Shown here piece by piece: positions 16,962-25,434 of a stretch of DNA of 64,000 nt (positions are counted from its first letter, which is position 1; the number at the start of each line of letters is the position of its first letter). The DNA is from an uncultured Gemmatimonadales bacterium (lineage in GTDB: Bacteria; Gemmatimonadota; Gemmatimonadetes; Gemmatimonadales; GWC2-71-9). Location: assembly GCA_963730185.1 (NCBI GenBank), contig CAVSQW010000009.1:64001-128000 (forward strand), in the 5' to 3' direction. The notes beneath the pieces are model-generated. The model made no database searches. It was not told where the DNA came from and was given only the letters and a program-made list of their open reading frames with translations. The position numbers and the translations under genes were made by a program.

Positions 16962-17744
16962 CTACTGCACGACGGTGGTGGTGCTGGTGCGGGACGTCGT
17001 GACCGGGATCGGGTCGGGCATCATCGAGACGCTGAGCTTCGCGTTACTCTTGGCTGTCGTCTTGCCGCCGAGGAAGCGGCCGTCCGGGGCCACGTACAGC
17101 ACCGATGTGCCGGTCTCGGTCGACTCGAGCGTCATTGGCCCGGCCATTGGGTTCTGGACCGTACCGGTGATCGTGTTGGTGAAGCTGGCGTCGAGGTGTC
17201 GAGCGCTGGCTCCGCCGATGGTCTCCTGCCCGGCGGCCGTGTAGGAGGTGACGACCTGGCTCTTGGTGGCCTGAGCGGGGCTCTTGCTCTCGACCATGGT
17301 GGTATCGGTCCAGGTGTCCCCCGCCTTCATCCCCGACTTGATCCTTGGGAAGAAAGTGCGGAGGGTAGCGCGGATTTGGGCCAGCACCTCCGAGGAGTCG
17401 TTCGAGGTCGCGACCATTGTCGTCCGGTTGGAGGGGTCCATGAAGCCGTGGAGCCAGGCACCCTTGAGCAGAGCCAGGTCCGCCGCCGGGGGCGGCACCA
17501 TTGCATCGACGGCGACCGAATCCACGACCACGTGCATGGCCTTGCCGCCCGTGGAGTCCTTGAGAGACACCGTGAAGATGGCGACCATGGTCACCTTGGT
17601 CTCTTGGGTCGGTTGCCCGGGCACTGAGATCGTCTGCTCCAACTGGTTCTCCAGTCGGTAGGTGGTCTTGGACGGGGCCGTCGTACCGGCCCCCGCCGTC
17701 ACCAAGGCCGCCATCGAACCCAGGATGATCGTTCGTCCTACCAT
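16962..17744 (-). CDS. Secreted Thr/Ser-rich hypothetical protein
   Basis: Signal-peptide-like N-terminus, beta-strand-rich, high-GC3 codon usage, SD GAGGTG. Confidence 0.7.
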   Translation of the reverse strand: MVGRTIILGSMAALVTAGAGTTAPSKTTYRLENQLEQTISVPGQPTQETKVTMVAIFTVSLKDSTGGKAMHVVVDSVAVDAMVPPPAADLALLKGAWLHGFMDPSNRTTMVATSNDSSEVLAQIRATLRTFFPRIKSGMKAGDTWTDTTMVESKSPAQATKSQVVTSYTAAGQETIGGASARHLDASFTNTITGTVQNPMAGPMTLESTETGTSVLYVAPDGRFLGGKTTAKSNAKLSVSMMPDPIPVTTSRTSTTTVVQ

Positions 17745-17775
17745 GTGCACCTCGACGTGCCTGGCGGTGATAGGA

Positions 17776-17814
17776 CAACCCCCTCGCGTCCCGCCGGAAC
17801 GCTCGAGGGGGTTG
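17776..17814 (-). terminator. Stem-loop downstream of rnpB
   Basis: CAACCCCCTCG...CGAGGGGGTTG 11-bp inverted repeat abutting the RNA 3' end; weak U-tract. Confidence 0.55.
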
Positions 17815-18199
17815 GTGGAGGGCGGGCCGTAAGCCGAGTTCTGTTCGGTCGCTAGGACCGGATGGTCATCCCTCTGGGATGGCCGTTGCCGACCATCTCG
17901 TGCGGCCTACCCGCGGCTCGTCCCGAAGGACGTTGTCGGTGTGGGTCACACCTCGCCGCTTATTTGGCCTTGCTCCGGCTGGGGGTTGCCATGCCGCCAT
18001 CGTTACCGATGGCGCGGTGGGCTCTTACCCCACCTTTTCACCCTTACCCCACCGGAGTGACCCGGTGTGGCGGTTCGTTTTCTGTGGCCCTCTCCGTCGC
18101 CTTGCAGCGCCCAGGCGTTACCTGGCAGCCTACCCGTTGGAGCTCGGACTTTCCTCGAACGGCGCGAAGCCGCCCGCGACCAATCCCACCCGCCCCCAC
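17813..18199 (-). ncRNA. rnpB: RNase P RNA (bacterial type A)
   Basis: Minus strand GAGGAAAGTCCGAGCT, CCACAGAAAA, GGGTAAGGGTGAAAAGGTGGGGTAAGAGCCCACC, GAGCAAGGCCAAATA, ACAGAACTCGGCTTA; complementary P1 ends; TAGCTT -10 at 18211-18206. Confidence 0.97.
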
Positions 18200-18258
18200 G
18201 GAGGAAAGCTAACGACGGCCGGAGAGGGTACAAAGCACCGCCGCTGGGAGCAAAGGGG

Positions 18259-21200
18259 TCAGCCGCGAGCGCCTTCGAGGCGTGCCAGGCCGGCCCTCGC
18301 TTCCTGAACCACCGGCAGCAGCTCGGCGTCGGCATCAGCCCACTGTGCGATGACTGCCCGGTATTCGGCCACGGCGAGTGGTCGTTGTCCCAACTGCTCA
18401 TAGGCGGCGCCACGGAGCAGGCGAACTCTGGGAAGAACCGCCCACCGGGGGTCGAACCCGCGGGTGCCGAACTCGGAGGTGTCGAAGTTCCGGAGCACCG
18501 CAATGACTTTGGCGTAGTCGCCGAGCTCGTAGTGGGCCTCAGCCACGACCGGCCGGAGGTCGCCCCAGCCAGGCAGATACGGATCGAGCTTCGCCGGGTC
18601 GCTGGCGGCCGAGTCGGCTGCGGCCAGCTCGTGGCGGGCCGCCGTGGAATCGCCCCGGCGGAGCGCAACCAGGGCGGCCACCGGACGGGGCCAGGGGCGC
18701 CCGGTGAGCTTCCGAAGCTCGTTCAGCAGGCTGGAGTCGGCCTCTGGTCCCAGGAAGACGCCCAGGGCCGCTGGCGTGATCGACGAGGCGAATCCGTCGC
18801 GCTGGCGGGCCTTGGCCCGCTGGGCGAGCGCCAGGCCCCGATCCCAAACGGCGCGGAGCCGCGACGGTGCCGGCCCCGGTGGCGCTCAGCAGGTGGGCGA
18901 GCCGGCCCAGCTCCCACGAGTCGGCCATCTCCTCTCGGCCGGCCGGGTCGATCGCCAGGTGGAGCGCGAGCTCCAGCCCTCTGGTCAGCTGGATCACTCG
19001 GGTCGCGCCTCCCAGGTCGCCCTCATAGGCGAGGGCGCTCGCGCCGGTCATCAGCTCCAGTCGGGTCTCGTAGGCGTAGTCCAGTTGGGCGACTGCCTCG
19101 GGGTGCACCAGCGGCAGGGTGCGCCGGACCGTCTCGGCCGCCCCGGCTAGGTCCCCCCCGACCAGTTGGGCCCGGGCGTCGAAGAACCCGAAGACCGGCT
19201 GGAGCGAGTCCGGATACATCGCTCGGAGCTCGCCGACCTCCTGCCGCGCCTCGGCGACCCGGCCTCCCGCGAGCAGCGCCTTGTACAGGTGATAGTGCGC
19301 CCGCGGGGTTCCGGGCTGGTTGCGGATCCAGGCTTCGGCGCCGGCGACTGCCTGGCGCTGGGCGGACAGTCGCGCGGCTCGGCGCGTCGCGGAATCCGCC
19401 AGCGCCGCTGACGCCAGGGAGTCGCGTCCGACCAGGATGAAGCTGGCGCCGCGATTGCCGGCATCAGTCAGGAGCTGGCCCATGTGCTCGTAGGCGAGCG
19501 AATAGCTGGAGTCGAGAGCGACCACCCTGCGGAAGCCGCGGAGCGATTGACTCAGCCAGGGGATGGCGTCCTTGGTGTAGCCGCCGTGGAACGACGCATC
19601 GGCGAGCCCATACCAGGCGTCGACGTCGCTCGAGTCACGGTCCACCAAGGCGCGATAGAGGCCGAGGCTCTCCTGGTAGCCACCCTCGAGAAAAGTGCGA
19701 TAAGCGTCGATCAGCCGGCGCTCGCGGTCGGGAAGCCGCTCGGAGGTGCGGGCGGCGCGGCGGATGGCCACCATGCCCAGCGTATCGAACGGGCTCAGCC
19801 AGCCCCGGGTCAGGGCCAGCTTGTAGTGCGCCAGGCTGAAGGTCGAGTCGATCGTGACGGCGTGCTCGAGGTCGTCGCTGGCCTCGCTCAACCGCCAGTG
19901 ATTCAGCGCCTCGACGCCGCGCAGGTAGGCCCGGTACGCCTCGACCGAGCCGGTCGTCGCGGAGGCCAGCGTCGTCCGGCCGTCGTCCGGCGCGCCGCTC
20001 AGGTCCAGGAGTTGGGTGGCCAGGGCGTCGAACACGGGCCGGACGTCCTCACCCGTGACCCCGCTCACGGGGATTACCTCGAGGCGGCGGCCGCTGGCCA
20101 CGTCGTAGGTGCGAGCCACGACGAAGAGCGAGTCGCCGACCCGGCTGAAGTCGCCCATCACGACGGTCCAGGCGCCGCTCGAACGGGCCAGTTTCCGGGC
20201 CAGCTCCAGCCCGATCGGCTGGCCATCTTCGTGGTGCGCCGCGGCCAGAAGATCGTGGACCCGCTCCTGGTCGACCACCGTGAGATCGCGCCACTGCCCG
20301 AGCGCCAGCGACAGCATGTTGACGCTGCCATCGCGGAGCCACTCGACGCCCGCGTCCTCGCGGAGGTTGTCGAACGGGAGCACCAGGATGGAATGCCGGG
20401 GATCCACCCCGTCGGGTGGCCCCGGAGAGCGGGTGGCCCAGTAGGTCCCGGCGACAGCCAGGAGCACGGCCGCGACGGCCGCAGCACCCCACCGCCGGAG
20501 CGTGCCGCTGCGCCTGGCTGGGAGGGAGGGCGGGGTCGGAATCTCCCCGAGCAGCGCTTGGCGGAAGGACGCCCCGTCCTGCCACCGATCGTCGGGGGTC
20601 TTGGTCAGCGACCTCATGACGGCGCGCCCGACGCCCGACGGCACGTCGGGTCGAATCGTCTCGATCGGCGTCGGCGGATCCAAAATCTGCTTCGAGATCA
20701 CCACCCGGTTCGGACCGGCGAACGGTGGCGCACCGGTGAGCATCTCGTAAGCGACCACCCCCAGCGAGTAGAGGTCGCTCCGACCGTCGACCGGCTCGCC
20801 GGCCGCCTGCTCGGGACTCATGTAGGCCGGGGTGCCCATGACGGCCCCCGGTCCGGTATGGCCCCCGCCTTCCTCGAGCAGCCGAGCGATTCCGAAATCG
20901 GTCAGCAGCGCGTGGGGTTCGTCGGCCGGCCCCTCGAGCAGAATGTTCTCGGGCTTGAGATCGCGGTGGACCACGCCGGCGCGGGCGGCGGCGTCGAGCG
21001 CCGCGGCGATGCCCGAGGCGATGCCGACGGCCAGCTCCCAGGGGAGCCGACCGACCCGGGCGAGTCGCTGGCGAAGCGTCTCCCCGGGGAGATAGTCCAT
21101 CACGTAGTAGAGCTGGCCGTCGACCTCGCCCGCCGAGTGAACCGCCACGATGCCGGGATGACGGAGTCGGGCGATGGTGCGCGCCTCGGCCAGAAATCGG

Positions 21201-21382
21201 CTGGCGATGGTGCGATTGGTGGAGAGATCGGGATGGACGACTTTGACCGCTACCAGGCGGTCCAGGGTTACGTCCCGGGCCAGGTAGACGATCCCCATCC
21301 CGCCCCGACCGAGCTCGCGCTCGATCCGGTACTGGCTACCCAGGGCGGCCTGCAGGCGCTCGGCCTCGAGGTGATCCGTCAC
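18259..21382 (-). pseudogene. Ser/Thr protein kinase (kinase-TM-TolB-like-TPR) with one frameshift near 18875
   Basis: LGRGGMG, VAVK, HRDLKPEN, DFG, GTPAYMSPE; coding-like sequence continues in the +1 frame (GPAPSRLRAVWDRG...WADADAELLPVVQEARAGLARL) to stop at 18259. Confidence 0.8.
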
Positions 21383-21610
21383 GGCCTCCGGTACCTTCGC
21401 TTCCGTCCCTTAGAAGATATACAGTATCCGGCGGACAGCCCTCCGGGAACCAGTCGGCCCGAAACCCAAGGGGGTACCGGTATGAGATGACCAGTCAGCG
21501 GTCCGCGTTGCACGGCTACCGGTTGGCAGCTTTCCGGTTCGGGACCCCGGTTGAGGGTCGGTTGACGGTCGAATCCCATCGTTCTCTCCGTTCCGGCCCC
21601 GAGACCTCAG

Positions 21611-22528
21611 ATGCCCTTGTCAGCTCCGAGCGCCCGTCCGCGGGTTACCGTCGCCGCCGTCGTGTCCCAGGTCGAGCGCTCGCAGCTCGACGCGGCAGGG
21701 GCCGGCTGCTTCGCGGTGCTCCACCAACCCTCGGTGCCCGAGACCATGCGAGTGGTTCGAGAGCGCTCGATCGACGCCGTCGTGCTCTCGGTCCACCACT
21801 GCGGCAAGGATGCGGTGGCGGCCGTCGATCGTCTGGTTCGCAGGTTCCCCGAGATCCCCACGGTCGCCCTCGTCAGTCGGCCCGATCCCGGGATGCCCGA
21901 GATGCTGCTCCGGATGGGCGCCACCGGGGTTCGCCACGTGGTGGACGTCTCGGTTCCGGCCGGCTGGAGTCGGCTTCGTCAGCTACTGCTCGAACCGGCC
22001 TCCCGCCCGGCGTCCCGAATCCTGGCTCGGTTCTTCGAGTATCTGGCCGAGCTACCGGCCGATACCCGTCTATTCCTCGAGCTTCTCGTTCGGGTCGCGC
22101 CCGAAACCCCGACGGTCCGCCAGCTAGCGCTCCAGACCCGAGTTCGGCCCAGCACCCTGATGTCTCGGTTCAACCGGGCCGGGCTCCCCTCTCTCAAGAC
22201 GTATTTGGCCGGCATCCGGTTGCTATACGCGGCGCAGTACTTCGAGCAAGACGGGCTCTCGGTGGCCGATGTGGCCTACCGGCTCGACTGCTCCTCGCCC
22301 CAGAGCTTCGGGCGCCATCTCCGAGCGATGCTCGGTGTGACCGCCGGCGAGTTTCGGCGCCGGTATCCCTTCGAGGTGGCGATTGAACGTTTCGGACGGG
22401 TGCTCCTGGAGCCCTACCGGGGTGAGTGGAGCGCTTTTCACCCGCTGGAGGCCGCTCGCCTGGCGAGAAGTCCGCTGCCGCCGGGCGGTCGGGCAAGGCA
22501 AGGGGCTATGCGCCTAGCCTCGAAATAG
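21611..22528 (+). CDS. AraC-family transcriptional regulator with receiver-like N-terminus
   Basis: SVADVAYRLDCSSPQSFGRHLRAMLGVTAGEFR AraC HTH; N-terminal alpha/beta domain. Confidence 0.8.
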   Translation: MPLSAPSARPRVTVAAVVSQVERSQLDAAGAGCFAVLHQPSVPETMRVVRERSIDAVVLSVHHCGKDAVAAVDRLVRRFPEIPTVALVSRPDPGMPEMLLRMGATGVRHVVDVSVPAGWSRLRQLLLEPASRPASRILARFFEYLAELPADTRLFLELLVRVAPETPTVRQLALQTRVRPSTLMSRFNRAGLPSLKTYLAGIRLLYAAQYFEQDGLSVADVAYRLDCSSPQSFGRHLRAMLGVTAGEFRRRYPFEVAIERFGRVLLEPYRGEWSAFHPLEAARLARSPLPPGGRARQGAMRLASK

Positions 22529-23054
22529 TAGTTATCGACACAACCTCTACTCCGGCGCCGAGGATGGCATCCCGGCCGCCCTGTTCCCGGTCGACCACCG
22601 CCAAGACGCCCAGGACTTTGGCGCCTTCGGAGCGGACCGCCTCGATGGCCTGGAGGGCCGAACCGCCGGAGGTGATCACATCCTCGATGACCACCACCGG
22701 GGCCCCCGGGGTGAAGTTGCCCTCGATCAACCGGCGGGTGCCGTGGTGCTTGGCCGCTTTACGGACGCTGAAGGCGTCGAGCTCGGGGGGCGACGCGAGG
22801 CTGGCGTTGGCCACGGCGTAGGCGACGGGGTCGGCACCCATCGTCAGGCCCCCGACCGCGCGGGGCTCCCAGCCTTGGTGACGAATCAAGTCGAGACCCA
22901 GCCGGCCGATCAGAGAAAAGCCGCGGGCCGACATGGTGGTCTTGCGGGCGTCGATGTAGTAGGTCGACCGCTGGCCGCTCGAAAGGACGAAATCGCCGTG
23001 GGTGAGGGACCGGCTTCGGAGGAGCGCCTCCAGGGCCTCGAGGTCGGCGCTCAA
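22506..23054 (-). CDS. pyrE: Orotate phosphoribosyltransferase
   Basis: GDFVLSSGQRSTYYID, VRKAAKHHG, VVIEDVITSGGS, VVDREQGG; TTG start overlapping the kinase stop. Confidence 0.95.
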   Translation of the reverse strand: MSADLEALEALLRSRSLTHGDFVLSSGQRSTYYIDARKTTMSARGFSLIGRLGLDLIRHQGWEPRAVGGLTMGADPVAYAVANASLASPPELDAFSVRKAAKHHGTRRLIEGNFTPGAPVVVIEDVITSGGSALQAIEAVRSEGAKVLGVLAVVDREQGGRDAILGAGVEVVSITTISRLGA

Positions 23055-23950
23055 TCTCGCTTCCGGCGGAAGAGCGACGACAGAAGGCCGCCCCTGGCCT
23101 TCGGCTCGCCCCGGGCCGCTTCGCAAAAGGCCTTCGCGAATTCGCCGACGTTCTTGAACCGTTTGGCGAGATCGCGCTCCAACCCGCGAGCCACCGCCGC
23201 TTCGAGGTCGCTCGAGAACTTGAGCCCGCGGACCGCCTGGTTGAGCGGGACGGGCGGCTTCGAGAGTAGTTGTTGGAACAACTCCCTCGGATTCTTGCCC
23301 GGATACGGAAGCTGACCAGTCAGCAGGTGGTACGCGATCGTGGCCAGGCTATAGACGTCCGCCTGCTCGCTGACCAGCTCGCCGCTCAGGGCTTCCGGCG
23401 CCACGTACTGCAGGGTCCCCACGAAGAAGCCGGCCCGGGTCAGCCGCTGAGCCGGGTCGTCGTCGGCATCGCGCGCGATCCCGAAGTCGAGCAGGCGGGC
23501 GGTCTGGGTCACCGAGTCGTACATGATGTTCGCCGGCTTCAGATCGCGGTGGATGATGCCCTCTCGGTGTGCCGCACCGAGGGCATGCCCCAACTGTTCG
23601 ATGATAGTGGCCGCCAGCTCGGGCGCGAGTGGACCGGTCGCCGTCAAGAAGTTGGCCAGTGGCTCGCCCTTGGCCCACTCGAGGGCAAGGTAGTACAGGC
23701 CTTCGGCCTCGCCGTACTCGTAGGTCTGGACGATGTTGGGGTGCTTGACCCGGGCGCCGAACTCCGCCTCCCGCAGAAACCGTTTGACGGCAATGGGGTC
23801 GGCGCTCATCCGCGAGCGGAGGATTTTGACCGCGGCCAAGCCACGCTCGGGATGCTGCGCCCGATAAACGGTCGCAGTGCCACCCTCGCCGACATGAGCG
23901 AGGAGGGAGTATCCGGCCACCGTCCGGCCGACGAGGTTATCTTGGCTCAT
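23051..23950 (-). CDS. Cytoplasmic Ser/Thr protein kinase (kinase domain only)
   Basis: VGEGGTATVY, AAVK, HRDLKPAN, DFG, GTLQYVAPE, DVYSL. Confidence 0.9.
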   Translation of the reverse strand: MSQDNLVGRTVAGYSLLAHVGEGGTATVYRAQHPERGLAAVKILRSRMSADPIAVKRFLREAEFGARVKHPNIVQTYEYGEAEGLYYLALEWAKGEPLANFLTATGPLAPELAATIIEQLGHALGAAHREGIIHRDLKPANIMYDSVTQTARLLDFGIARDADDDPAQRLTRAGFFVGTLQYVAPEALSGELVSEQADVYSLATIAYHLLTGQLPYPGKNPRELFQQLLSKPPVPLNQAVRGLKFSSDLEAAVARGLERDLAKRFKNVGEFAKAFCEAARGEPKARGGLLSSLFRRKRD

Positions 23951-24068
23951 GGAAGTGAGTTGAAGGTACACCCCGCTGTAGGGGCCCAGCAAGATGACGG
24001 TGTCGTCGGGAGAGAGCTGCGGGTCGCTCGTGTCCCGCTCGATACGGTCGCGTTTCAAGGACGGACGT

Positions 24069-25430
24069 ATGGCGACGGTTCGCCGCTTGGCAGTCTTGTT
24101 GCCGCTCCTCGTCGCCCTGGGCTGCGGCGCGGGTCGGGTGTCTCCAGCCGGAACCCCCGCAGCCCAGACCGATCAGACCCTCAGTCAGCTGTTCAATCTT
24201 TCGGCGGTGTACCACCGGCTGGGGCGAATCGCCGGTAGCGGGTCGGTACCCTTCGTCGGCAACATCGGCTACTTCGCCGCCAGCGGCGACTCCACCACCG
24301 CGACCCTGGGGCTGTCCTTCGAGAATCGTGCTCTCTCGTTTCAGCGGGACGCCGGGGCCTTCGTGGCTCGCTATCGCGTCGAGGTCTCGCTCGAGCGTCC
24401 GGGTGCCGAGCCGATCCAAGTCACCCGGAACGAGCTGGTCCGGGTGGGGAGCTTCCAGGAAACGCAGCGAAGCGACGAGACGATCTTCTTCCAGCAGCCC
24501 TTCCGGCTCGCTGCTGGAAGCTACACCATGCGGGTCGTCGTGCGAGACCCGGTGTCGACCGGGTTGGGCCAGGCCGTGGACTCGATCCAGGTGCCGGCCT
24601 ACCAGCCGGGCTCGATCTCGCAGCCCACCATGGTCTACGAGGTCCGGCCCCGCCGGAACGTCTCCGACTCCCTGTATCTGGTGCTCAACCCGCGCGGCAC
24701 CGTCGCCCATGGTGGCGCCGATACCCTGCTGGTCTACGTCGAGGGGTACGGTCTTCCGGGTCCCACCACCTTCCCCGTCGAAGTGAAGGACGAGCGCGAC
24801 AGCGTGGTCTACCGCACCCAGGTGGCGTTTACTGGAGGGCGGAGCGCCGAGGGTCACGTGGTCCGCCTCGCGGCCGACACCCCGCCGCTGGGCCAGCTCA
24901 CGATCTCGATCGGATCGGGAGCGGATGCTCGGACCACCACGGCGCTGGTGTCGTTCGCGCGTGGCTGGGTGGTGACCAACTACGACAATCTGCTTTCGCT
25001 GCTCCGGTACTTCCCGTACGAGCCGGGGCTCTTGAACCAACTCCGTGGCGCCAAGCCGTCCGACCGGCCGGCCCTTTGGAAGGAGTTCTGGGCCAAGACC
25101 GATCCGGTGCCCGAGACCCCGGAGAACGAGGCCCTCGACCGATACTTCTCGCGGATCGCGATCGCCAACGATCGGTTCCGGGACGAGGGCGGGGAGGGCT
25201 GGCGGACGGACCGCGGCGAGGTCTTCGTCACCCTGGGCGAGCCGGACCAGGCCTACGAGACGCCGCCGTCGAGCGACCACCGCTACGTGCAGTGGATCTA
25301 CAACGAGTATCGCGCGTCGATCATCTTCGAGGGCACCCTCGGCTTCTCCCGGATGCGGATGACCCCGCAGTCGCGGGCCGAGTTCGCCCGGGCCCGGTCG
25401 CAGCTGCTCCGGGAGCACTGGAGTCGCTGA
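24069..25430 (+). CDS. GWxTD domain lipoprotein
   Basis: Lipobox LVALGC; FWAKTDP.PETPENE...YF.RI..AN..F...GWRTDRGEVFVTLGEPD. Confidence 0.85.
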   Translation: MATVRRLAVLLPLLVALGCGAGRVSPAGTPAAQTDQTLSQLFNLSAVYHRLGRIAGSGSVPFVGNIGYFAASGDSTTATLGLSFENRALSFQRDAGAFVARYRVEVSLERPGAEPIQVTRNELVRVGSFQETQRSDETIFFQQPFRLAAGSYTMRVVVRDPVSTGLGQAVDSIQVPAYQPGSISQPTMVYEVRPRRNVSDSLYLVLNPRGTVAHGGADTLLVYVEGYGLPGPTTFPVEVKDERDSVVYRTQVAFTGGRSAEGHVVRLAADTPPLGQLTISIGSGADARTTTALVSFARGWVVTNYDNLLSLLRYFPYEPGLLNQLRGAKPSDRPALWKEFWAKTDPVPETPENEALDRYFSRIAIANDRFRDEGGEGWRTDRGEVFVTLGEPDQAYETPPSSDHRYVQWIYNEYRASIIFEGTLGFSRMRMTPQSRAEFARARSQLLREHWSR

Positions 25431-25434
25431 CGGT

